Position numbers and translations under genes: made by a program. A DNA stretch of 56,796 bases, the filler included, from Sphacelaria rigidula (lineage: Eukaryota), in the NCBI GenBank assembly GCA_964200075.2. It is 6 parts of 6 records of this genome, joined end to end, with 100 filler letters (N's around TTAATTAATTAA, not from the genome) between each part and the next. Parts side by side here need not be neighbours in the genome. Positions count along the whole stretch, not along the records: positions 18,969 to 28,351 come from CAXNAA020008623.1; positions 28,452 to 37,833 come from CAXNAA020008624.1; 4 more parts are not named here. The stretch is one strand, 5' to 3'. Shown piece after piece: positions 24,318 through 37,198 of this stretch. A model generated the notes under the pieces. The model ran no database searches and was not told where the DNA came from. It was given only the letters and a program-made list of their open reading frames with translations. Positions within the stretch are counted from its first letter, which is position 1; every line of letters starts with the position of its first letter.

Positions 24318-24923
24318 CTGCCTCAAGTAGACAACGCAAGGGATATTAGCAACGCAGCGGAGGGGGGGTGAGCGGTGACGTCCAATGCATGTTTCAAGGA
24401 GGCGACTTTGCGGCGTTATCACTCTCAATATCCTCGACGACTGACCAGGTTGATCCAAAATGCCACCAAATTTCCGAAGAAGGGAGGACATCCTCGTGCT
24501 GTGTATGTTCTCGACGGCTAGGCATATGATAGACGGGGCTGGGGGAGGAGGGAGAAGAGAGGGGGGGCAAATGCCTCATGCGTGAGGGGCGGGGGGCGGA
24601 AATATGATGAAAAACATAGACGAACGGTTGTCTTGATGTGGTAAATCACTAGGTATATGAATTGAACTCTACTGTGGAGTACCCGCTGCGTACAACAGCA
24701 GTATAAATGCACGCTCTCTGGGATACCTACGCTATAATATCTTCCGCAAAAAAAACGTTGATATGGACGGGAATACCCCAGCAACAAGTGTCAGAGGGGA
24801 GTTCACTCCTCCTGTCACAGCGTGTTTAGCTGTCTCTTGATAAACTACAATAGCTTGCAATTTTGTGATCACTGCGCTAACCGTCGACAGAAGAAATCTA
24901 TGTATGTAACGGAAGCATCGTAC

Positions 24924-25106
24924 CGTCCTGGGACTGTGGCTGAAGTGGTACGATCCGACACCCCAAGCACCGCGCGCTACACCTCCCATGGACGCGGGGG
25001 TCGTCGGCGTAGATCCTGGTGTGGTGAAATTTTTGAACGTCGGGGATCTTGTCGGATAGCCGATGGGATCCGAGTTGGCCGCCAAAGCACGCGGCGACTG
25101 CACCAG
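24924..25106 (-). CDS. Unknown low-complexity protein, internal exon
   Basis: Acceptor TTTTTTCCCCACAACCGGACAG|, donor |GTACGA; 183 nt, phase 0/0; LVQSPRALAANSDP...HSPRT. Confidence 0.65.
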
Positions 25107-26753
25107 CTGTCCGGTTGTGGGGAAAAAACAAACAACGGCGTTTCGTTCTCGCAAGTGGGCCGTTGGGTTTGTTTGAACGAAACGTCTGAGGGTTGATGAG
25201 AACTGGAGGAGGGGCAGGGAGGGGCGGGGGAGTCCAGCTCTGTCCTCAAGGATAGGCCAGTCGATCCCAGCGAATATACATCTTCATGTGGGGATGCTCT
25301 CTTCTAAATCGGAAAAGTCATGCTGCATATGAGAGCGTTGGCTGTATGATGACATGTGTTTAGGTTTGTCACTTGGAGTTGTGTGTTTGTGTACGACCGA
25401 AAACCTGTGTTGCGCTGATAGCGCGGTCGGTAAAGCGGTCGCACACTGGGGCGTGTGCACGTAGGAAGGTCACGCATGCCAGGTTAACGCGACCATTACC
25501 GCCATGAATGAAGTCGACATAATCGCAGCACGGGAAGCGCTTGTTGTGACTACTCGTGAGAATTCATCCCGTCAAGGCGCCTAAGCACCTGTCGGTTGCG
25601 CTCTACAGCACACATGTTAGGTCCCGTCTACAGAGTACCGCGAATAATTGCAACCGACTTTGATTTATAAATTAGTGTTGTTGCGAACGCAGTCCTCTCT
25701 TGGCACCTCATGCCGCCATGACCATTACGAAACGGGTATTCTGTCTCCGCCAAAACAGCGGAAATGTGGCATGTTCAGGTTATGCTTGGCAAGTTTTGTT
25801 GTCCTGTGGTCTCAGGCCGTTTTCAAATGATGTGTGCTTGTTTGTTTCATATGCTGGACAAAAAATACGACATGCAGAATGGCCAGACAGAATAAGTTTG
25901 ATCCAATTATATGGCGAATGTACCCCCTTTTCAATTGGTCGCGTTCGGGTACACGACTTTCACACGACGTGTTCAGCTGTCAAACGAGACGCACCGCCCT
26001 CTTCCTCCTCGCTTCCTTGCCGGCTTATGTTATTAATCAGCAACAACACTAGGTGAGTAGCACACCCTGTGAAATCGGATTTACAATAGTGTCAGGCTGC
26101 CAACCGGAATTTCTATGAGCCATAAGGTGCATGGTCCTGCCTTGTAGTCCCTCATACGTATATGCGTCTCATATAAATTATGTAACCAAAGTTTGCTGGT
26201 GTATACTCACAGAAGTACTGCATGATCCTGAACCGCTCTGCATAGTCACTGACATGGTAAAAATCATGGTACATGTGTAACGGAGATCGCATACCCACTG
26301 GTGGTTACCGCAATCTCTCAGACACACAGTATCAGTACTTGAACATAGGTGAGCCGGGCGGGGACAATACTCCTGAGGAGGTCCAACGTTCCACTCCGTA
26401 AGTCAAGAAGGCGATGCTCCCGGGTTGTCGGAATAACAACAGCAAACCGGCATGCGAACACCGGACGGTGTTTACAGCACCCTGCGACAGTGGACTATTA
26501 TTACCAATGATCGTCAATCTGAGCTGACGCATGCGCGCCGCAATGCGAGTGAACGCTCGCAATCGACTGTATCAATGTACGGGTGCCCGCCAGCACGTCA
26601 GAACATCCCTAAAACGCCTGACCGCAGAACGAAAAAGAACAGCGAGAAGGAACACTCCTCGCTATTCTACTACGTTGTCATCGTCATTGTCTCTATCTCT
26701 TTCTCCTTTGAAAACACGTCTTTTTTGCCTTTTGAAACGCGTCGTTTACGCAC

Positions 26754-26879
26754 CTCGGTGGGGCACATGCTCTGAGCCCGAGCAGACAGGGGCGTAGGTG
26801 GACGGAGGTCGTTGACGCTGCCGACGGTGGTGTTGAAAGTTCTCCCCAGGCCTCGCGGACTTCGCGAACATTCCAAGCC
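26754..26879 (-). CDS. Unknown low-complexity protein, internal exon
   Basis: Acceptor GTGTATGTAG|, donor GAG|GTGCGT; 126 nt, phase 0/0; GLECSRSPRGLGRTFNTTVGSVNDLRPPTPLSARAQSMCPTE. Confidence 0.65.
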
Positions 26880-27621
26880 CTACATACACCAACCCACACA
26901 TACACACGCACATTTCATACGCGTACGTTCTTTAGCGATAATATTCGGCCCACCCCTTGCAACGCTGCTGCTGCATACGATATGAATTTCTTGCCAAACA
27001 AGACGATGACCAAATGTCCATACCTGGGCAAGAACGCGATTTCTGGAAGGAGAAAGTGGTGATAGGTTTATTCGCAGTGGATCGCTAAAAAAACACGCCT
27101 CGCAACGAATAGGAACACGGGCACAGAGTAGACAGAGCTGGCAGGAAGATCGATTATGACGCCTTCGCTCATACAGTTGGCAACAGAGGGTGAGGGTGAA
27201 TGTATTGAATGGATACGAAAATATACCACTAAAGTTCGGGGCCTAGGCTTACACAGCCGACTATATACCCTTGTGAGGTACGCTTGTGACGTGTAACGTA
27301 CATGTAACGTGTAACGTAAAGAGTCCTGGAAAAATCGATTACTCTACGTAGAGAAGCTGTGCGAGAGGGGTCGGTACATATGTGTAAGGGGAATACGTCA
27401 GTCTTGGCTTTGAAGACCATGGTTGTTTCTCTGCAAAAAATCCCCCGTGAACAGACAGCTGAGCATAAAAACGGTGTACCTTCGCCTTACCGTTTTTATC
27501 TTTCTTCAACCACGAGGTTCGGCGATTTTCTCTAACTTTTTTTTTCTTTCTTTTCGCCTCGAGAAGTCAATCCTGGACTACTTGTATCGGCTATCAAAAA
27601 GCACACACGTATCTCCTTCAC

Positions 27622-27697
27622 CTGCATGTCGAGGACTAGATCTTGTAGATCTTCACTACGCTCCTTCGACCCGCGTAGGCTGGACGGTTGAACCCGG
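27622..27697 (-). CDS. Candidate upstream exon of the same gene
   Basis: RVQPSSLRGSKERSEDLQDLVLDMQ|GTGAAG; the phase-0 donor is compatible with the next exon; acceptor uncertain. Confidence 0.35.
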
Positions 27698-28043
27698 CTT
27701 GTGCGACCCAGCAGCGTTCACCGAAAAAAACAAAAGTGGGCGGAAGCCGGATTACAGGAACGTGTGGGACATGATACCGCGCAATATTGAACCCGTCGGG
27801 CGAACGTTTGTTTTGACGCAATGACAATAACATCGACTTTTGCATTCGGTACAGGAATCAGGTATGCCACGTAGCAATCATATTGTCTGTTTCAAACCAT
27901 TGCAAAACAACACCCAACAACGCGAACACCCGGCTCGTGCAATATTTATTATTGCAAGTCAGCTCCTACGTACTGTAGCATCCTATCGGCCTGCTATACG
28001 ATCACCTACTTGATTTCCTTTTTTTTTTTTTTATTTTTTTTTC

Positions 28044-28092
<49 letters not shown>

Positions 28093-28235
28093 CACGTCTT
28101 AGTCTACCATGTTGTTTTTTTTTCTTCTTTTTTTCTGTTTCTTCTTTTTCTTCAGCGAGTGCTTCAACTTTGTTTCATCTCGGGTACGTCTGTCAAGTAA
28201 CCACGGCTGGATCCCTTTGGGGGGGGGTCGGTTAA

Positions 28236-28351
28236 CCCTTTGAGAACCCGGTGCTGATTTTTGTTTTGGTGAATCGACATCATTTTCAGTCATTTTCAAG
28301 TCAAAATGATGCCGATTCACAAAAAAAAAAATTAGCACTGGCTTCCCGAAG
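28236..28351 (+). mobile_element. piggyBac-type palindromic MITE (right end lost at contig end)
   Basis: TTAA|CCCTTTGAGAACCCGGTGCTGATTT...AATTAGCACTGGCTTCCCGAAG; internal GAATCGACATCATTTT / AAAATGATGCCGATTC. Confidence 0.7.
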
Positions 28352-29862
28352 NNNNNNNNNNNNNNNNNNNNNNNNNNNNNNNNNNNNNNNNNNNNTTAAT
28401 TAATTAANNNNNNNNNNNNNNNNNNNNNNNNNNNNNNNNNNNNNNNNNNNNAAACACAAAAGCAGGACGATGATAGAGGGAGGGGGGGGGGGGGGGGAGG
28501 GGGGGGGGGTGGGGGGGGGGGGGGTGGGGGGGTAACAGAGGAATGAGCCTAAAAAGGTCCCAACTGAGGACACAATAAACGCGGCTGAGGAAAGCAGGAG
28601 GGAGACGGCAGAACGTGTAGCAAAATGATATGTACCGCGGACGGAATACGGTAGGGGTGGCGGGGATATCGGCCATCCCCGTGGATGTACCGCCACTAAC
28701 AACAACAACGACCACCACACCGTCATAACAACGATAACATAAATGTATCGGCGCTGGGTGTAATCGCATACTCTATAATTTCATACAGTAATTTGGACCA
28801 AAAGTTCCTGCTTCGTCTATATGGTGAAATTGACCGATCCTAAACTTCGTTAGGACTATAGGGTGAAATCTGTTGTGTTGGAAGGTTGGAACGTTCCCCC
28901 ATCGGGGACTCACCTGTGCCGATCGATCATCTACAGATGACCCGATCTATCTACTACAACAGCATCTGCGGCTCCCACTTCAGCCCGCTGCAGATGAAGC
29001 ACTCCTTGAACGCACGAGGCGCACACCCTTTCCCGCATGATCATGCGATTTGGAATGCACACGCATTGTTGATCCTGTCTGCCTGCGTTGCGCTTGAAGT
29101 CGGTCGGGGGTCTTTCTGAGGACATCGCGAGCATCGCTCTTCTTGTAGCAGCCCGCTCTCGTCTCCAAAGGTTATGACGTTATGACATGCGAACGCCATA
29201 AATTTGCCCTTTGGCCATCTCTCTCAGTTTGATCTTCGTGAATTTCCTTTGTCCATTTTCAATAAACTAAACGCGATCGAGTATTTCCAGTTTTTTCGAA
29301 ATTACATTGTACGTACTTGTTTCCAGTTGTTTTCTCATCGTCGTGTGTCAGTTGCCATTCTACGCGCCTCGCGGTAGAAGCTCCCCAATATAGTCAATGC
29401 CGGCTTTATAGAAGACTTGATCTCTAACCTTACTCCGTCCTAACCCCTACAGCATGAATAATAGATAGTCATCGTGGTGCCAGTGGGAAATCAAGCGCGC
29501 TTCCGTCCACGTTTCTACGAAGCAAACACGACAGTGATAGATGGACTGTGTGGTACACTTCATGTGACGATCGTAGACGGCATGTCCTTCACTGTGGCAC
29601 ATTCACACGGAGAAGCAAAGGGCCTCGGCCGGCTGTCGTCAACCATCGTAGATTTCGATACAGATGGGAGAAACGACCTTACACGAGTCCGAAGTCCAAA
29701 CTACAGTATATTATAGGTACCCAGTCTGGGAGTTCGTGAGTTCGTCGAACGCTAAGATTTGATTCTTTGGAGGCTGGCGAGGGGGGGGAGCGGGGCAGCA
29801 ACCGTTAACACTTGCCAGCGCACACAGACACGTTGCGCGCAGCACGGTTTTGCTGTGTAGCA

Positions 29863-30082
29863 CGGATTTGAACTCTACCAACATACCTTCATCTGGGGCA
29901 TCTTGTTCACCCTCGTTGCCTGAGGAATCTTGTTCCGGACAGGATTAAGGGTTGGGATTAGGGTGAGGGGTCGAAAACCCCAAGGTCTGCCAACCATCGA
30001 TTATTTTGACCGCTAAGTAAACCCGCCCATTTTGCGTACCGGCTCGTGGAGACCTGAATATTAACGTCTAGTTCAAGATCCG
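29863..30082 (-). mobile_element. CGGAT...ATCCG-terminated element with telomere-like repeats
   Basis: Ends CGGATTTGAAC / GTTCAAGATCCG; internal TTAAGGGTTGGGATTAGGGTGAGGG at about 29945-29969. Confidence 0.5.
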
Positions 30083-31199
30083 AATTTTCCTTTTATCCAT
30101 GTAAACTGACAGCTGACAGCATCAACTCGTCATCATCCCTCGACGGTGTTGTGTCAGATGACAGCAATCGGCAGCCTTGTGTTGCAACTCCCAACACTCA
30201 CAGTGCAGACCATCAAGATCATGCCGGACACATGCTAGGTGGCTAAGGGCGTGCGCGGAGTACTGGCATAGCAGAGAGATAACAGAATAACTTCTTGGAC
30301 AGGGTGACATCGGCTGCTTCTTCACCAACTATCATGGGTGATGATGTGAGAGAAAATTTGCACACCACTTTTTACCAGCAAGCGCGGCCGAGGTGCGGTA
30401 CAGCAATGGTTCTGAATACAAAATATTGTTGCTGTACACTGAGCGCTGTCCCAACACTAGCAACATCAACCCCGCCGCATCCTGAAGAGCAACCTATCCC
30501 ACCAACATGCCTCCTCCCAACCCTCATGGAGGGTAAAGTCCCTGCTTCTTGGCCTGCTCGTAAACTGTAGTGAAGTGGTCGTATTATTGTCTCCTGGTTG
30601 TTTTTATGCTACTCCTCGGCATATTTGATGGAAATTACTTAATGTGTACTCCGGACAGTTAGCCGCTTCGTACTGACCATGGTGTGCACTACCCTGGTGG
30701 AGATTCTCGGTCCGTCTTGTTGATAGTTGCGAAAAGAGCAGAACTTCGACCAAGAATTGCTATGGATATGCGCAGATGCACCTCGATAGTAAACCACCAT
30801 TTTACGCTGTTGCAGTTTCAGAGGTCAACTTGGGGCAACGAATGTAGTGTGTAGTTTGTACGTTGACGTGCTCCCCGGTTCCCTCCTCCTCGTTCGCGGA
30901 ACACTGCTTCATGTTTCCGGCAAATGAAGTCTGCAGTCGACAAAATGTAGAAGTCAGAGCTTCGAATATGATTTTGCGAGAGACATGCATGGAAGTGCGA
31001 CACCTCGAGAGTGTCCCATCCGTCCTCGAGAGTTTGTCATCAGCTGTACTATCGGATTTACGGGGGCAATAAAAAACGTGGTGTATCCTTGACTAGTTGG
31101 CGCGCTCGATATTTTACTTCCCTCATCCAACACTGCGGCACGGTCAAGACCATGTTGTAATAATGGAAAGGGCAACAACAGTAGTAGTGCAAGTCTTGT

Positions 31200-34100
31200 G
31201 GAGTCCTCGAAACGTCCTTGAAAAGTCTTCGAGAATTACTAAAGGCACAGTAGATTCGGTTTTAATTTGTTGTCCCGCATTGTAATTTGGGGTGTTGTAG
31301 GTTTATACTGCTGTAGGCGTGTGATGATAGTGGGGAGTCGTGTTGGTAGTGCTCGGTGTCAGCCGGGCAACCCCAAGAAGTTGGTAGCCTAAACGAAGAG
31401 CACCAACAGACGGCACAGTCCTGCCGTTCTGATCGTTTATTGTCCTAGTAGTAGCCAATAAAATATCAATTTCATCATGTTTTTCGAGACTGGAGACACA
31501 TCTTGATTTGTTTTCGGTTTACACTGCGTGTACTGTTTCTCCTGTGCCGTGAACATGTTCCGAGTACGAGATACCTGGAGCAGCAAACACATCCAACTGT
31601 TTTGTATACCGTAGTGGACATACAAGGAGCCGAGGAGGTCGGGACACGTTCCATACAAACGAAGCTGCAGCTTGCTGTGCACCGTTAAAAGGAAGTGTTA
31701 CGGCAAATCCAGAATTCTTCTAATTCCAAGTCTACGTCTAGGACTACTGTCTGTACACGAAAGTTTGCAGTTCGGTTGTCGATGTAACGGGCGATGGTAG
31801 ACCTGTCACCTTGGACGCCTTTCGTCAATCTCGCGGTCCGCAATACAGTTATGTTTTTCTACTCGTACAGACTGGGGTACACGTGGCATGATTTTCAACT
31901 CGGTGCATCCCAAGGATGAAAGTTTCTACCCGTTACATACCTGAGATATGACTGTCGAAGCTCCGACAAAGAGCAATATGTGCGCGTACGCGTGCTGCAT
32001 TATGCGATGGTACTGGTACAGACAGTAGAGTGCGGCAGGGTACAGAGCAAAGCTGCGCCGTCGTTGCGTTTCATCGCGCCGGCAGCACGCAATATGAAAC
32101 AATAATTACACACGTATAGCAATACTCTCCTGATGGGGCATCACATTAGATGAAGTGGATGACATCTGCTACTGCTCCACAGTATTCTTCCCATGGGGGG
32201 CCGACGGCTTGGAAATTTGGGCACAACGCAACGACGACCCTTTGAGGGAAATATCCAAGGTTCCCCCATTTCACCTAGCCTCGCGAACGGTCTCCCCCGC
32301 GGCACACACATTCTTCTCGTCTTTGGCGCCACTATCTTTTACATCTTCCCACATCAATCACTAGTCGGTGAAAGGTAGTGTGTCGACTTTCATCCTACAC
32401 CTCGCACAGCCCCGGTCCAATCTCGTTGAGTGTGCAGATATTTCCTTTTTTGAGGATGGAAAAACACACACTGTACAGACGTGACCACCTGCTGGTGCTC
32501 AGGAACACACACTTGTGAGGATAACGTCAACCTGCAGTCAAGAGAAGACTCTCTCTGGGCGTTGTGTGTAGAGATCCTGAAACCTAACTCGGTGGCTCAC
32601 CAATGTGACTTAATACGACCGTATGTATCTACACCCCCTGACATTTTTCACGCAATCATCGTTGACTGTGACTTTCCACCACTTGTAGTAGGCAGTAAAG
32701 ACCGGTTCGAAAATTGCATGCAGTACTCTTCGCGAGTAAACATGATGCATGAGTTTTAACGGGTCGGATCATTTCTGTCGAGGTGTAATCCTCGCGTCGC
32801 ATTTCAATACCAGAGTATGACACCTATATTTCTGATGCCGAGTTTGCTGGGAGAAGGTGTCCCTTCACTCCCCAAAATGCCCCTATAGACGACACAACTT
32901 CCGGCTGAGCAATCCCGCCACGTTTTGAGGAACTCGATGTTGACCCTTCGATCTCCAGGTTAAATCACTTACTGCTTGAATAGGAAGAGTTCCCCTTGAA
33001 ACTTGAAGGCAAGTCTCGGATTACCTAACCTGGCGACCCAAGGATTCACCTTTTCAGTGCCCACAGATAGGCACCTGTGTCTGAAGCTCATTCCCCATAA
33101 TGACTAATGGAGATCCCTCGGCGGTAGAAGGGATGATGAAACCATTCGGAGGCATGAAGGTGGATCATCTGGGTTCAACAGTAATTTTTGGAGTGGGGGT
33201 CGTGCCGATTGAGTAGTTGACCCATAACTATCCCGGTGTTCAAGCAAGGAGGAAGTGATGACTCCCGCTTTTTTTTACCGCCAAGGTGGTGATATAATCT
33301 GTTGGAACAAGCATATCGTTTTCAATCAAAGCACGAGTGTAGAGTCAACCTAGCCGGCTCCCCCTGGCGTCTTGGGGGTATCCTGCCGCCCAGGGTAATG
33401 CACTCCGATCAACCTGCCGTGTATGCGAGAATACCGGGAAAAGTCCTGGAGGTCGGCGAAAATGTACTCCCGACTCAAGTGATGTGTCATCCTTGCATAC
33501 TATTCATGGAAGTATCCCATACTCGAGGTTGTTTCCGGTATATTTCACAATAGTTCTGTGAAATATACCGGGAACAACCTCGAGTTTCTCCACGTACCGC
33601 TGCCGAACCCTTTGACCACCAGCTAAGTGAGGCAATGTGTAGAATCGGCATATCGGCATCATTTTCACTGTGCTTCCGAGGATAATGATGCCGATTCAAC
33701 GCATGGCCTGCCCTGGCACTTCACGATCAATGTTGCAATGTTTTACCGCGAAGGTCCAATAATGTAAAGATTGATTATCTTATCGAGACACGTCCGAGTG
33801 CACGGGCTAAAAATATGTCCGTTAACGAAGGCGAGAAGTCGCACGGTTACCCTGAAATTGTTTTCGTTATTATTAGAGGTATCTCAAACTCGAGATCCCC
33901 GGTACATTTCACAGTAATTTACTGCCGACAATATCGGAAAATATATATATATTGATAGTTTGAAATACCTCTATTATTCATTCATGCCATAGACAGTGTC
34001 GGCAACCAGGCTTTCCCTGTCAAGACAAGAAGTTTGATGAGCAGCGTGAAAATCAACATCTAGTTGACAATATTCGTGGTATGCTGTTGCATCCTCGGGG

Positions 34101-34650
34101 TGTTGGATATTTGGGTACTCATACTCGCGAAAGTAGCACGCCGAAAGAGTAAGATGGGCTTCGGTATCCTGGCATTTGCCCCGTGAGACTCGGAATTAGA
34201 ATTTGTGATTTGCACCGACTCTTGATTGTCCACACTTGCCAAAAATGTAAAAAAAAATGCACGCTGAGTCAAGCCTGAGCAAGGGAAAACGGCTTCGCCT
34301 CCACGTGGACAATATAGGGTGACATGTAGGGAAACTTGGCGGATCATTCCATAGATCAGGACAATTAAAACGCTCACCCCACCTCGTCCAGACCCGTTGA
34401 TAGACTTGGAAATTCCCTGGAAACACGCACCGTATACTCGAAGTAGATCTGGGAAACATTCGCTGACGATGGGGGAAGCTGTACGACTCCCAGAAGTTCA
34501 AGGGCTGGTCTGCCGTTATATTCGAGGCAGTGTGTAACCCATGGAACTTCCCTTCTTCGCGATTTCCACGTGCAATTCCGAGTCTCGGAGGGCAAAGACA
34601 CAGTTTCAGAGGCCTGAGTTCTCCCATTTCGCCATCAACCATCGACACAA
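31200..34650 (-). pseudogene. Decayed transposase-like relic, possibly Plavaka, interrupted by MITEs
   Basis: Fragments in order: FQVYQRVWTRWGERFNCPDLW; YIFADLQDFSRYSRIHGRLIGVHYP...ARLTLHSCFD; LKLMHHVYSRRVLHAIF; RYTKQLDVFAAPGISYSEHVH. These resemble successive Plavaka transposase blocks; by eye only. Confidence 0.4.
33521..33585. repeat. Near-perfect 65-bp hairpin (29-bp arms, one mismatch), mini-MITE
   Basis: ACTCGAGGTTGTTTCCGGTATATTTCACA-atagttc-TGTGAAATATACCGGGAACAACCTCGAGT; a related half-site lies at about 33888-33913. Confidence 0.9.
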
Positions 34651-35554
34651 AAGTTTGGGCGATCTCTGCGCTCTGTATAATGCAATTCGTGCCACCTACA
34701 GTACCTCTTATCTTACCCCCCTCTTATACTGTCCAGCGCTGCGCTCTGTTGATGTATAACACCGATTGAGAAGGAATTGAAACAGCGTGTTTGCGCTTTA
34801 GCGTGCTATGTACCACGAGTTCACAGTACTACCGCATGCACTTTTGTGTCCAGGCGCCGAGGAAAAAGCCCGTCGATACTGGACTGTACCATACATAGTG
34901 TACGGTTGAGATTATTTGGATATTAAAGTATCCAGGAGATAAGCCAGCAACGCCTTGAAAGCACAGTAGTACAAAGACTGCTAGAGTAAGGCAGGTATAT
35001 TCCTTCAGTACATCGTAGCAGTAGCAGAAGCAAGCGTGCATTACCTACGTGCGCATGACATGTACCGCCTACCCAGCGTACCGACAAGTACACCAATGTG
35101 GCATGACGAGGAGAAATGGGAAAATGATCAGGGGTCCTCCTGTACTGTTTTCCCTACACGAACAGTCAGCATGTATACATACACCTAGATAAATACATTT
35201 CAAGGCATGTTGTACCTCGTGCTCGGAAAACGACAGATCCAGAAGCAAATTTGACCATCGGCGATCTGTTGAGCGATCCTGAGGAGGCTGGAGGTCAACG
35301 GATGGAAAAAAGCAACCCTCGGACAAAAAATCATATGTCTAAACGTACCATACTGACTATGTTCTCCATCATGGGTTCCTAGACACATCACAGGAGGAAC
35401 ATCTAAACACAACATGTAAAGAAACCCAAAAATCTAGACGAGGAAGAAGATTTCAAGTGTACAAGGAGCACGAATTTGACACAGTTGGTGGTGTGTTGTA
35501 GACGGTAAACGGGCGAAAAACAGGATCACCAAAAGAAGCAACTTTTAACGTCAA

Positions 35555-35652
35555 CCCTTAGACCGCGAGATTAGTCTTTCTGGGTCATGCATACTTTTTT
35601 TCACTTGAAATTGATGCCGATTCAACAGAAGACTAACCTCGCGGTCTAAGGG
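35555..35652 (-). mobile_element. 98-bp piggyBac-type MITE, copy 2
   Basis: TCAA|CCCTTAGACCGCGAGATTAGTCTT...AAGACTAACCTCGCGGTCTAAGGG|TTAA. Confidence 0.9.
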
Positions 35653-36044
35653 TTAAGAAACGTTTTGCCGATGCGATTGGCGCGGATGGTCGGGTAGCTT
35701 ATCCCGCTGCTACGCCCCCAACCACCTACTCCGTTGGTGGTTGAAGGTTAGCGTTACAGTGGCGCGTTGGACGTGGTTGATGCAGCCTGCACAAACGTGA
35801 AGATCAGCAAGGCGCGTGAGATGGTGAACAACCTCGTTAGGTGATATACCCCCCTCGACCCTTGAATATCCTACAGCATGTGCAGTATGGCGATGTATGT
35901 TTCGAAAGAAAATTTCCGCATCTCTGATCAAAATAATACTACGTAGTACTAATCATGACGTCCTACTGTGAAATCTAGCTGTAAACAGGGAGCCTTCTTG
36001 CCCTCTTGCCGCTGAACTTCTACCATCCGTTTTTGTGTGCGAAG

Positions 36045-36194
36045 GCGGCGAGCCGGCCGCTGCAGTCGATGCAGCCGGTGCAGCCCGCTCCCGAGGAAGC
36101 GGCTTCCGGACACGGGATCAATAAATCCGCAGACTCACTGGGGAGCTTGAACATCGGGCCGCCGGATCTGACCCAGTTTTTGAGCCTCGTCGAG
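36045..36194 (+). CDS. Orphan exon of an unidentified gene
   Basis: Pyrimidine tract + AG| at 36044; strong G/C third-position bias; 150 nt, phase 0/0; donor |GTACCG (or read-through to a stop at 36257); AASRPLQSMQPVQPAPEE...PPDLTQFLSLVE. Confidence 0.45.
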
Positions 36195-36726
36195 GTACCG
36201 ACGCAAGAGATAGTATCTACAATAATGATGAATCATGATATTGATGGTCGCATATGAACTGATCCCCGAAGGACCCAGCCGTGGTCACAAGATTTAAACC
36301 AAGGTAAGCACAAAATGTGAGCTGACTTCTCCGTAAAACCGGACACACAGTACGTGCAGGTGACTACTGAGTCAAGGATATACGTAGAAATGTATCCTGC
36401 GCACCCATGCACCCCTCCCCCGTGCCCGCCCGGGGGGGCGAATATCATTTTTTCCATCATATTTACATTTCCCCCTCCTCGTTGTATTTCCTCTTTTAAT
36501 TCATGTGTTGGCTGCACATGGCCCCTCGAAGAGATATCTCAGACGGGAGGTTCCCCGTACATTCAACCCTTGACGAGAATAGGCCACGCGTTGAATCGGC
36601 ATTCATTTCACTCGGAAGAGGACTGATGGTACGGCAGGAGTGCACAAACATTTTTTTAGGTTAGAAACTTGATAGGCCCTTAATCTTATCCCAAACACGA
36701 CGTAAAAATATGTGAGCGTACCCCAG

Positions 36727-37198
36727 GATTAGGCTATTTCTCATATATAAAAAATAAAGCTTGTCGAAAAGTGCGTTTTTGACCCTTCCCCGTCATTTTC
36801 CCCCGAAAAGAGGGCTAGGCGAATGCTGACACCTTGAAATGACTTGCTCGACTCGCTTAGATCGTTCCAGAGCACCTTTGCGTTTTCCGTAGGTCGCACT
36901 TTCGTTCTTAACCAAACTTGCATTTTCAATAACGAACGGTCAAAGTACCAAAAAGCAGGGGGGAAACTGCAACTCTTTTGGAAACCTGACCGTTCATGAT
37001 TGAAAATGCAAGTTTCCCCAAAAACGAAAGTGTGACCTAGCGAAAGCGCAAAGGTACTCTGGAACGATCTCAGCGAGTAGAGCAAGTCATTCCAAGGTGT
37101 CAAGATCCGCTTAGCCCTCTTTTGGCGGGAAAAATCACGGAGAAGTGGCAAAGATGCATTTTCCAACTTTTATTTTTACATACACAAGAAGTAACCTC
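36727..37198. mobile_element. Foldback MITE made of two ~225-bp imperfect inverted arms
   Basis: 36727-36955 pairs with 36972-37198, e.g. AAACTTGCATTTTCAAT / ATTGAAAATGCAAGTTT and GATCGTTCCAGAG / CTCTGGAACGATC. Confidence 0.85.

Noticed and set aside
28015-28531. Long poly-T and poly-G tracts
   Set aside because: Low-complexity sequence at or near contig ends; lengths are unreliable.
8529-36194. Exon 36045-36194 as exon 3 of the PPR gene across a 27-kb intron (WLE|AASRPLQSM...PDLTQF looks PPR-like)
   Set aside because: The pieces are on different contigs joined only by artificial spacers, so there is no linkage evidence.
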